Shown here one piece after another: positions 1-7,359 of a DNA stretch of 31,136 nt; position 1 is the first letter of the stretch, and the number at the start of each line of letters is the position of its first letter. A program made the translations under genes and the position numbers. Below the pieces are notes generated by a model. That model saw nothing but the letters and a program-made list of their open reading frames with translations, was not told the origin of the DNA and searched no databases. Source of the DNA: a virus (Duplodnaviria > Caudoviricetes); the IMG/VR virus record IMGVR_UViG_3300030392_000403, positions 1 through 31,136 of that record; one strand, given 5' to 3'.

Positions 1-141
1 AGGTGATGTGAGATTCTGTGATTGTCCTTGCCGTCATAGCCGTCATACAGACTTGGATTCCGGGTGGGACGAGGCCCACGATAACGGGTCTTTGAGTATG
101 ACAAACCGTGAAATTCTGGACTTGCGGTTTTAGGAGCAATA

Positions 142-1329
142 ATGTGGATACATATACCGTCATCAGTGCATTCAGTGGAATCGGTGGGCTTGACCTTGGA
201 ATCAGCGCAGCTATCAAGACTCGCACAGTCGCTTACGTGGAAAGGGAAATCACGTGCGCCCGCGTCCTGGCGGAAAGAGCTTCAGAAGGTTTACTGGACG
301 AGGCTCCGATCTACTCTGACATTAGAACCTTCCCAACAGAAGTCTTTGCTGGAAAGGTGGATGGAATCATCGGGGGTTTCCCCTGTCAGCCCTTCAGTGT
401 TGCCGGACTCCAGAGAAGTGCCGACGATCCCAGAAACATGTGGCCCGATACCATCAGACTCATTCGCGAGATACGACCGAGCTTCGCATTCCTGGAGAAC
501 GTACCAGGCCTCGTTTCTCACGAATACTTTGGAACAATACTCGGAGACCTGGCCCAAGCTGGGTTCGATGCGGAATGGGGTTGTTTCACCGCCTCGGAAA
601 TCGGTGCAAGTCACAGACGAGAACGAGTCTTCATCCTGGCCTACGCCCGCGACACGGGATCACAAGGGACAACCAGGTACGACTGTCATGAAAAAGGGAC
701 GGTTTGTGCGGGTGTCCAATCAGACGGGGACAGAGTTCGGGGCAGGACTGGACGGGGCAGCAACGAACTGGCCCACGCCAAGGAGTACGGAGTACAAGAA
801 CCCAGACCAACCGATCAGTCGGAGAGCAGACACCCCCCCACCGCATCTGTCAGCGATGGCAAAGAACTGGCCTACTCCGAACACTATGGACAGCCTACCT
901 CCGAGATCAGAAGAAGCCAACAGGGAGAGGTTCATAACAGGGGCAAGGAAGGGCAGGACAGCACCAGACAACTTGAGGGAGTATGTTCAACCGGAGATGC
1001 ACCCGAAGAACTGGCCTACTCCGACAGTAGCGGAAGCAGGGAAGATATCCAACAGGCCGAACTACGGACAACAGGGACTGAGCAATCACCCAGCGATAGT
1101 GGGAAAACCGGACAGGGAGAAGATGATAAAAAGCAGGGGTGGGGAGATGGGTATATCTACAGACCCGGACTCCCTGAATTCCCACCCGGACCCGGAGATC
1201 CACGATGGGGATGGATCATTGAACACTACCCCGAACTCGCACCAGCACGGTGTAAAGTGCATGAGACTGAATCCTCAGTTCGTAACGTGGATGATGCTTG
1301 GAAAATCGAGGATCGGGTGGCTGCGTTGA
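142..1329 (+). CDS. Overlapping alternative-frame protein with four WPTP repeats and a motif-IX-like C-terminus; putative second (beta-like) methyltransferase subunit
   Basis: The frame stays open for 395 codons over the MTase gene. ATG at 142 is 5 nt after AGGAG. It ends in RLNPQFVTWMMLG, similar to the LNPxxVEWLMG segment of phage C5 MTases, which the other frame lacks. Confidence 0.65.
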   Translation: MWIHIPSSVHSVESVGLTLESAQLSRLAQSLTWKGKSRAPASWRKELQKVYWTRLRSTLTLEPSQQKSLLERWMESSGVSPVSPSVLPDSREVPTIPETCGPIPSDSFARYDRASHSWRTYQASFLTNTLEQYSETWPKLGSMRNGVVSPPRKSVQVTDENESSSWPTPATRDHKGQPGTTVMKKGRFVRVSNQTGTEFGAGLDGAATNWPTPRSTEYKNPDQPISRRADTPPPHLSAMAKNWPTPNTMDSLPPRSEEANRERFITGARKGRTAPDNLREYVQPEMHPKNWPTPTVAEAGKISNRPNYGQQGLSNHPAIVGKPDREKMIKSRGGEMGISTDPDSLNSHPDPEIHDGDGSLNTTPNSHQHGVKCMRLNPQFVTWMMLGKSRIGWLR

Positions 1330-1397
1330 TGATGCTTGGCAACGCGGTGGTCCCGGCACAGGCTGAACACGCATTCAGAACCTTGGCATCAAGATAA
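144..1397 (+). CDS. C5 DNA cytosine methyltransferase, catalytic (alpha-like) polypeptide; likely start GTG at 144 (ORF track start 108)
   Basis: Motif I SAFSGIGG, IV GGFPCQPFS, VI FLENVPG, VIII GASHRRERVFILA and X LGNAVVP are all present. SD AGGAG lies at 132-136. Confidence 0.9.
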   Translation: MDTYTVISAFSGIGGLDLGISAAIKTRTVAYVEREITCARVLAERASEGLLDEAPIYSDIRTFPTEVFAGKVDGIIGGFPCQPFSVAGLQRSADDPRNMWPDTIRLIREIRPSFAFLENVPGLVSHEYFGTILGDLAQAGFDAEWGCFTASEIGASHRRERVFILAYARDTGSQGTTRYDCHEKGTVCAGVQSDGDRVRGRTGRGSNELAHAKEYGVQEPRPTDQSESRHPPTASVSDGKELAYSEHYGQPTSEIRRSQQGEVHNRGKEGQDSTRQLEGVCSTGDAPEELAYSDSSGSREDIQQAELRTTGTEQSPSDSGKTGQGEDDKKQGWGDGYIYRPGLPEFPPGPGDPRWGWIIEHYPELAPARCKVHETESSVRNVDDAWKIEDRVAALMMLGNAVVPAQAEHAFRTLASR

Positions 1398-1399
1398 AA

Positions 1400-1588
1400 G
1401 TGGAGAAAAAAATGAACGAGAACGAAAACGGGAACTTAAATGGCGTGATAACCATGCTGTGTATATCCAGGGAGTCATCTAAATTTTTATGTGACAGAAT
1501 AGCTGTCTACATGATCGATGGCTCTGGCTACTGTTGGATTCATGGTCGTCGCCTGATACTTGGAGGAGTAAAAAATGAGCGAGAATAA
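1400..1588 (+). CDS. Small hypothetical protein
   Basis: 62-aa ORF packed between neighbours, with C/H residues (CDR...CWIH). Confidence 0.45.
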   Translation: MEKKMNENENGNLNGVITMLCISRESSKFLCDRIAVYMIDGSGYCWIHGRRLILGGVKNERE

Positions 1589-1703
1589 AGACAAGGGCCT
1601 CTGGAAATTCGCAAACATGTGGTTTGCAGCCTTCTACCTGTGGGTTTTTCCTATCATGATAGCGACACTTGGATTGATAGCTCTGTTTAAAAATCACTGC
1701 TGA
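1575..1703 (+). CDS. Small membrane protein, 42 aa (not in ORF track)
   Basis: SD GGAGGAG upstream of ATG 1575. Translation MSENKDKGLWKFANMWFAAFYLWVFPIMIATLGLIALFKNHC has one hydrophobic helix. Confidence 0.6.
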   Translation: MSENKDKGLWKFANMWFAAFYLWVFPIMIATLGLIALFKNHC

Positions 1704-1715
1704 AAGGTTGATACG

Positions 1716-2162
1716 ATGATAACAGCGCAACACATAGTCAGACGTTTACTGTCATTGAATCCAGATCTCACGTACCGAGAGATCGGTGATCTGGCAGGAG
1801 TTTCAAAACAACGTGTCTTCCAACTGGTGGAGCAGCACGGCCTGAAGAAGAACAACAGGTGGTCAGATACAAGTAAAGCCTGTATGGGTGGGTGTTCCAA
1901 GCGTCTTCGGCCCAAAACCAACAAGACTGGCTGGTGTCGGGAGTGCCTGAAGAAAGCTCACTCATACGAGTTTGTTTGTGGTTTCTGTCGGCAGGTTAAC
2001 GTTGTTACAGGAGTAGATGCCGCCAGCCGTAGACAGAATGCAAAGCGGAGGAAGTTTCCTGGTGTGCAGTTCTGTACCAAACGCTGCTCCGGCCTCTACT
2101 TCCAAAGACGTAAACGCCAAGCAGAACTTAATTCGTTTATAGACTTTAACAAAAACATCTAG
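1716..2162 (+). CDS. HTH DNA-binding protein with Cys-rich zinc-binding C-terminus
   Basis: LTYREIGDLAGVSKQRVFQL is a sigma-region-4-like HTH. CMGGC, CREC, CGFC and CTKRC motifs follow. Confidence 0.7.
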   Translation: MITAQHIVRRLLSLNPDLTYREIGDLAGVSKQRVFQLVEQHGLKKNNRWSDTSKACMGGCSKRLRPKTNKTGWCRECLKKAHSYEFVCGFCRQVNVVTGVDAASRRQNAKRRKFPGVQFCTKRCSGLYFQRRKRQAELNSFIDFNKNI

Positions 2163-2172
2163 GAGGAAAACA

Positions 2173-2709
2173 ATGTCAGAACAATTGATGAGTTTCACAG
2201 GAACCCTTGATGATCAGGAAGAAAAAGTTACACGTAACGGTAAGGCGTATCACCGCATAAAGCTCAAGGGCCTCGACAACACAAGCAAGTGGTTTTCAGT
2301 CTGGCCTAACATATCACGGTTGATCTTCAGTCGGACAAACGCAATGTGGACTGTTGAGTATCAGGCCCAGACGTTGAGCGGTGGAGTGACTATCAACACA
2401 ATCCGCAACGCAGAGGCTGCAAATTTACCAGAATTCCTTGTTCCTGAAGCCAGTCAGTCGAACAGCATCTCGAAGGAGAACAAGATCGATGCAGCCGTAG
2501 TGTTCAAAGCAGCCGTGGATCTCGTGGCAAAGCAGGTAGACGAGAAGAGTGAAATTGGCGATATCAACCAGAAGATCGTGGACATGATTGACATGCTGAC
2601 ACCCGTTCTTTTGAACACCTCTGTCAAAATTGCTGCTCCTCCTGAACCTGAACCAGAACCTGAGATTGAAACGGTGTCCGATGAAATAGATCTGGACAAA
2701 ATGATATGA
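2173..2709 (+). CDS. Putative single-stranded DNA-binding protein
   Basis: SD AGGAGG, a beta-rich OB-like N-terminus and an acidic tail (PEPEPEPEIETVSDEIDLD). It lies beside an exonuclease and helicase. The function is inferred. Confidence 0.45.
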   Translation: MSEQLMSFTGTLDDQEEKVTRNGKAYHRIKLKGLDNTSKWFSVWPNISRLIFSRTNAMWTVEYQAQTLSGGVTINTIRNAEAANLPEFLVPEASQSNSISKENKIDAAVVFKAAVDLVAKQVDEKSEIGDINQKIVDMIDMLTPVLLNTSVKIAAPPEPEPEPEIETVSDEIDLDKMI

Positions 2710-3419
2710 ACATAGAGACTATCCCAACCGCACTGGGCCTGGGTGGAGGTGAGCTTGTGCGTGTCACAGCCTCCAACGGCAGTCTTCGCTACTACCAAAC
2801 GCCCGATGGTGACGCAAAGATGAAATCTGTGACGGGCGTGACAGGCACAGTCATACGAAAGCCCGGTCTGGAAAGATGGCGTGAGTCTCTCATCAGAAGC
2901 GGTGGTGATCCCGATGAAGGCCGTGAGATGGAGAAGGGATCGAATGTTCACAACATAATCGACGAGATTCTGCGTGGTCATGATCCGGTGATCGATTATG
3001 AAATGTCACCAGCTATATCAGCTTTTAATGACTGGAGAAAAGATTACCCAATGATCTACCTCGAGGGCGAGGTCGCGGTATACAACGAAAAACTGGGGTA
3101 TGCAGGAACGGTGGACGCAATTTTTAAGGATAATCATAAGCTAATCCTGGTTGACTGGAAGACAAGCAACCACGCCACTGTCTACCCTGAGTCCATGCTA
3201 CAGATCCGAGCATACATCAACGCTTTGAAGTCGATGGGTTACAGTGACCAGATCAGTGGCATGATAGTTAACCTAAACAAGGACAAAGACAAGAATTTTA
3301 ACGGTACTGTATCAACCGCAGATGTCGGTGCGGACTGGGATGAAGAATGGTGGGCTACGCTGCGACTATTTAAGAATTTGAAAAGAAAAATTGAAGTAAC
3401 CACACGGGGGGTGGAGTGA
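2706..3419 (+). CDS. PD-(D/E)XK family exonuclease (phage Cas4-like/recombination exonuclease)
   Basis: SVT, GSNVH, E...YAGTVDAI...LVDWKTS and Q..AY motifs. Confidence 0.85.
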   Translation: MNIETIPTALGLGGGELVRVTASNGSLRYYQTPDGDAKMKSVTGVTGTVIRKPGLERWRESLIRSGGDPDEGREMEKGSNVHNIIDEILRGHDPVIDYEMSPAISAFNDWRKDYPMIYLEGEVAVYNEKLGYAGTVDAIFKDNHKLILVDWKTSNHATVYPESMLQIRAYINALKSMGYSDQISGMIVNLNKDKDKNFNGTVSTADVGADWDEEWWATLRLFKNLKRKIEVTTRGVE

Positions 3420-3661
3420 TGGCATGTGACAGAAACGGCTGCGATATGCACGATTACAGGGTATCTTCGCTCTGGTGTGCTTACCAGTTCGAGATGGAAC
3501 GCGATGGAAGACGCATCCGGGCATTGGAAACCAACAATACTTTGCAGGAGGCTGAAAACATAAATCATTTGAATGACAACGAGGTTACCCAGGAATACCC
3601 TAAACGCAAAACTGTCATCTCCAAACCAAGGGACGAGGTAAAAATTAAGTGGAACCTGTAA
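3416..3661 (+). CDS. Hypothetical protein
   Basis: 81-aa ORF overlapping both neighbours, consistent with translational coupling. Confidence 0.55.
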   Translation: MMACDRNGCDMHDYRVSSLWCAYQFEMERDGRRIRALETNNTLQEAENINHLNDNEVTQEYPKRKTVISKPRDEVKIKWNL

Positions 3662-4908
3662 TTAAACGTCGCGGATCTGGTTACAAGATCTCATGGGACA
3701 ACGGTGTTGATATCTATGCCAGTCGTATTCGGGAAAACCCTGAACGTCTAAAGTGCGAGGTTGCCATATTTATGTCAGGCCAGCCCCTGACACGTAGCTC
3801 CCCGGTATTAACCTCTGAGTCCGGTAAAGACAGTCTCATTCGCAAGCTCAACAGGCGAAGACCTTTTGATGACTACAGTGTGAACTGGGATGTTCTTGTC
3901 GAGGAACTCGCAGCACTCGTGGTTGACACGCATCGATCCGGTGAACCAGAAATTGGGCTGTCCGATGTCAGGATAGGCAATGGTTTAATGTGGCGTATCG
4001 AAGGTGTCCTGCCTGAGAACCAGCCTTCATTGTTGTATGGCGATGGAGGCAACGGGAAATCTATGTATGCTATATTTCTGTCCGTGCTTGTCGATTCAGG
4101 TTATCTTAATACCGAACTGAATTTAGGCCTAATAACGCAGGGTTCTGTCCTCTACCTGGACTACGAAACCGATCAGGAAGAAATTGCCAAGCGAGTTCAT
4201 GCAGTGCAAAAGGGTCTTGGTATAGAAAATAAAACCGGAATAATCTACAGACGGTGTTCGCAGCCCTTCGCCAGTGAACTGGATAGAATCTTAGATATTG
4301 TTGACCAAAAGAAAATTGACTTCATAGTAGTCGATAGCCTTGGCCTGGCGACTGGTGGTTCACTAGAGGATGCTGAAACTACACTGGCATTTTTTGGAGC
4401 CTTACGTCAGATCGGGCGTACATCTTTGGTCATCAGCCATACTAACAAGTCCGGGCAGCCCTTTGGATCTGTCTATGCCACCAATGCAAGCCGTATGGTA
4501 CTGGAAGCAAGCGGTTCAAAGAACGAGGACGGTGGTATAGACCTGTCCATCTTCCACAGGAAGAGCAATAACGTCCCGGCACAGGCTCCTATGGGATGGC
4601 ACATAGCATTTGAGGATGACGGGGAAATTTTATTCGAGCGTAAAGATGTCTTCGACACGGCTTCTGCCGGGAAACTTACAGCTTCTACTCTCGTGGCGAC
4701 AATTGTACAGCGATCAGGAAAGTTGCAGAAACAAGACCTCATCAGCGAGGTGTCACGCATTCTCGACAAGAAACCCGACACAATTATCCCTGCCTGTAAT
4801 ACTGCTTTAAGCCGAATGAAAAAGGCTGGTCGTATTACCATCACTGATAATGAAATCTTATTTAACCAGGAGTCTAAAGAATTGCTGGATCTGGATTACA
4901 AAATATGA
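3649..4908 (+). CDS. RecA-family AAA ATPase / RepA-like replicative helicase
   Basis: Walker A LLYGDGGNGKS, VLYLDYE, Walker B FIVVDS and LVISHTNK. Confidence 0.85.
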   Translation: MEPVIKRRGSGYKISWDNGVDIYASRIRENPERLKCEVAIFMSGQPLTRSSPVLTSESGKDSLIRKLNRRRPFDDYSVNWDVLVEELAALVVDTHRSGEPEIGLSDVRIGNGLMWRIEGVLPENQPSLLYGDGGNGKSMYAIFLSVLVDSGYLNTELNLGLITQGSVLYLDYETDQEEIAKRVHAVQKGLGIENKTGIIYRRCSQPFASELDRILDIVDQKKIDFIVVDSLGLATGGSLEDAETTLAFFGALRQIGRTSLVISHTNKSGQPFGSVYATNASRMVLEASGSKNEDGGIDLSIFHRKSNNVPAQAPMGWHIAFEDDGEILFERKDVFDTASAGKLTASTLVATIVQRSGKLQKQDLISEVSRILDKKPDTIIPACNTALSRMKKAGRITITDNEILFNQESKELLDLDYKI

Positions 4909-5141
4909 GCGGAGTCACCCATTACACCAAGCGTCTGTCTGAAGGAATGACATGGCTAGAACAGGTGTGGGAAATGCTTAAAACAAATGATACTTTAAAA
5001 GTATCAGAGTCCTTTGACAGAAATCTTCACGGGTGGGCTGATCTGGAAGAAGAGATGCGGAGAATCTACCCGGAATATAAGGATTGCCCCGTTGGCGGTT
5101 GCAGAAAAAGTATGCCCGTTAAATGCGATACCTGTGCATGA
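4905..5141 (+). CDS. Hypothetical protein with C-terminal Cys motif
   Basis: ATGA-like overlap with the helicase end; CPVGGC...CDTC. Confidence 0.6.
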   Translation: MSGVTHYTKRLSEGMTWLEQVWEMLKTNDTLKVSESFDRNLHGWADLEEEMRRIYPEYKDCPVGGCRKSMPVKCDTCA

Positions 5142-5150
5142 GGAAAATAG

Positions 5151-5330
5151 TTGAATACCAAAAACAAAAACAGATGTTGTCGATGTGGTGGGAAAATGAC
5201 TTCTGATCAGCAGGAAGAACCCCGTTGCTACACTTGCGGATACCGTAACTGGGATCTTACTGATAACAGTAGGGAGATTTACTGGGGGGTAATGAAAGCC
5301 AGTAACAAAAAAGAGCGTTCAAAAGATTAA
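5151..5330 (+). CDS. Small zinc-ribbon protein, 59 aa, TTG start (not in ORF track)
   Basis: GAGG upstream. MNTKNKNRCCRCGGKMTSDQQEEPRCYTCGYRNW... has two CxxC motifs and fills the gap before the next gene. Confidence 0.55.
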   Translation: MNTKNKNRCCRCGGKMTSDQQEEPRCYTCGYRNWDLTDNSREIYWGVMKASNKKERSKD

Positions 5331-5346
5331 TTAAAGGAGGAGAGTT

Positions 5347-6207
5347 ATGAGTTTGGAGACTATGTACGTGGTGGATGTTGAGGATGTTGAGGATGAAGAC
5401 ATTGGTGTGCAGCGTTTGACACGTGATCTCAGAACAGGAGCCGAAAAACTAACGACGACACAGGCTAGGTTTCTAGTTGACTATTACTACACACTGCAAG
5501 ATCAGAGGATTCGTGCCAAGAATCAGCACAGGTCTGCTGAAGATGATGAACCCGCTGCCTGGGTAGACTGGATATCAGACTACCTGTCTAAACTCGAAGG
5601 CCAGATATTCACTGCTCTCGACATCTACTCTGATAACCAGGAACTGGGCCAGTGGGCAAGATCAATCACAGGGATAGGGCCAGTCATCGCAGCAGGTTTA
5701 CTGGCACATATAGACATAAACATGACACCGCATCCCGGTGCGTTGTGGAGGTACGCAGGACTTGATCCAACCAACCAGTGGAACAAGAAAGAAAAACGTC
5801 CCTGGAATGCCCGTCTGAAGGTTTTAGCATGGAAGATCGGTGAGTCTATGGTTAAACAGCAGAACAGACATCCTAAAAACAAGCCTGTAGGTGGAGATTT
5901 CTATGGCAAGATGTATGTTGAACGCAGGGAGATCGAGGAGATTAAAAACCTTAATGGTGAATTTGAGGAACAGGCAAAGGTGAAGGCTAAAACGGTAGGC
6001 AAGGACACCAAGGCTTATGGATTTTATTCCAAGGGTCAGTTACCTCCCGGTCACCTCTACTCAAGAGCCAAGAGATGGGCAGTCAAGATATTCCTTTCTC
6101 ACTACCATCATGTTGGCTACGAGATACTGCACGGCAAGCCGCCTGACAGGCCGTGGATACTGGTGCATGGAGATCATTCAGACTTCATACCACCGCCTAA
6201 CTGGTAA
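5347..6207 (+). CDS. tasA: TIGR-associated Tas protein, nuclease-less TasA type (IS110/Nop-like RNA-binding domain)
   Basis: SD AAGGAGG. A helical N-terminus is followed by SITGIGPVIAAGLLAHID, LWRYAGLDP, WNARLK, FYGKMY and GHLYSRAKRWAVKIFLSH, matching the IS110 C-terminal/Nop-like pattern. There is no N-terminal DEDD/RuvC domain, and the dual-repeat array follows directly. Confidence 0.8.
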   Translation: MSLETMYVVDVEDVEDEDIGVQRLTRDLRTGAEKLTTTQARFLVDYYYTLQDQRIRAKNQHRSAEDDEPAAWVDWISDYLSKLEGQIFTALDIYSDNQELGQWARSITGIGPVIAAGLLAHIDINMTPHPGALWRYAGLDPTNQWNKKEKRPWNARLKVLAWKIGESMVKQQNRHPKNKPVGGDFYGKMYVERREIEEIKNLNGEFEEQAKVKAKTVGKDTKAYGFYSKGQLPPGHLYSRAKRWAVKIFLSHYHHVGYEILHGKPPDRPWILVHGDHSDFIPPPNW

Positions 6208-6214
6208 AACTATC

Positions 6215-6778
6215 AGCCAAACAAGCAGTTGTTACAAGTAATTGGAGCGAGCCAAAGCGGCGATTGTCACATTATACCAGAGCGAGCCAGGATCGGTGTT
6301 GTTACATCCGATTCGAGCGAGCCACACCAGCTGTTGTTACAAATAATCGGAGCGAGCCAACACAGAAGTTGTTACATGCAAGAAGAGCGAGCCATGGCCG
6401 TTGTTGTTACAAATAAACCGAGTGAGCCAGAGCGACTGTTGTTACATCAGATTGGAGCGAGCCACATGGGCTGTTGTTACAATTAATCCGAGCGAGCCAG
6501 TGCATCGGTTGTTACAAGTACGATGAGCGAGCCAGAACAAGAGTTGTTACACCCATCTAGAGTGAGCCAGGGAAGCAGTTGTTACATTCGATTGGAGCGA
6601 GCCATGACGTCTGTTGTTACATCAGAACAGAGCGAGCCAAAGCTACTGAAAGTTGTCACAGCTGGGCAGAGTGAGCCAATGCTGCGATTGTTACATCTTC
6701 CATGAGTGAGCCAGGATAGATGTTGTTACAGATGAACCGAGTGAGCCACTATAGCTGTTGTTACATACGATAAGAGCG
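6215..6778 (+). repeat. TIGR-like guide RNA array: 16 units of 35 nt with two alternating repeats and two variable spacers per unit
   Basis: Unit = AGCCA-N8-GTTGTTACA-N8-GAG(C/T)G. First GTTGTTACA at 6228-6236, first GAGCGAGCCA at 6245-6254, next at 6280-6289. All spacers differ, and unit 13 has a 12-nt first spacer. Confidence 0.92.
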
Positions 6779-6799
6779 TAAACATAATTAAGGAGGAGA

Positions 6800-6910
6800 A
6801 TGAAGATGTGCGGAACTAGGTGTCGGGACCTGATAAAGATACGTCAGATATCTACAGGCAGATGGATTATGAGATGCTCCAAATGTCACACGATATCCCT
6901 CAAGAAATAG
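6800..6910 (+). CDS. Small Cys-containing protein, 36 aa (not in ORF track)
   Basis: Strong SD AAGGAGGAG before ATG 6800. MKMCGTRCRDLIKIRQISTGRWIMRCSKCHTISLKK contains CxxxC and CxxC. Confidence 0.5.
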   Translation: MKMCGTRCRDLIKIRQISTGRWIMRCSKCHTISLKK

Positions 6911-7290
6911 AGTTCGAGTTGCCTTGGCTGCCACCCAGCGAGGTAAGAGGTAACAGTCGTTCTCACTGGAGCAAGAAATACCGAGCCTCTAAGGCTCTCC
7001 GCGAGAGCGGTTATGCTCATGGTCTTGAGGCACTGGACAAGGGTCACTCTCCTATGTCCAAGGCAAGCATCACGTTTGTGTTTAGCAACTGGAGACGCGT
7101 AGATCTGGACAACCTCATAATCGGCATGAAGGGCTGGGTAGACGGTTTGGTTGACTCAGGAATCCTGCCAGACGATAATCCTGATTATCTGTTGTATGAT
7201 GGTGCTACATTCCAGAAGGTTAAAAAGAATGAAGAAGGAGTTTATGTTAAGCTACGTGAACGGGACTCTAGGTGTACAAAACTAACATAG
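6820..7290 (+). CDS. rusA: RusA-family Holliday junction resolvase (true start possibly ATG 6883)
   Basis: FELPWLPPS..N, RRVDLDNL..K..DGLVDSGILPDDN pattern. Confidence 0.8.
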   Translation: MSGPDKDTSDIYRQMDYEMLQMSHDIPQEIEFELPWLPPSEVRGNSRSHWSKKYRASKALRESGYAHGLEALDKGHSPMSKASITFVFSNWRRVDLDNLIIGMKGWVDGLVDSGILPDDNPDYLLYDGATFQKVKKNEEGVYVKLRERDSRCTKLT

Positions 7291-7359
7291 GTTACTCATG
7301 CCTAAAGACTAGTCTGGTGTTATACATTCAGGCTACTCACACTCCACACACCAATAATC

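Noticed and set aside
1290-1339. 12-bp direct repeat GATGATGCTTGG (1290-1301, 1328-1339) giving MMLG in both frames
   Set aside because: Curious, but a single short repeat with no supportable function.
108-1397. Frameshifted methyltransferase pseudogene
   Set aside because: Both frames are open over the full length with plausible starts, and motifs I and X are in the same frame.
2706-3419. Cas4 acting as a spacer-acquisition enzyme for the array
   Set aside because: It has no Fe-S cysteine cluster. It is an ordinary phage PD-(D/E)XK exonuclease in an SSB/helicase context, 2 kb from the array.
5347-6207. IS110 transposase / insertion sequence
   Set aside because: It lacks the N-terminal DEDD domain and the catalytic SG motif, is embedded in a phage operon, and is followed by a guide-like array.
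6229-6705. ORFs 6229-6486 and 6523-6705
   Set aside because: These are by-products of the 35-nt repeat, which is not a multiple of 3, and have no clear SD.
6215-6778. CRISPR array
   Set aside because: Repeats are 9-10 nt and of two alternating kinds with 8-nt spacers, far from CRISPR dimensions, and there is no cas operon.
7291-7359. Bidirectional terminator at the convergence of the two arms
   Set aside because: Only a 10-bp palindrome AGACTAGTCT (7306-7315) is present, with no GC-rich stem and U-tract.
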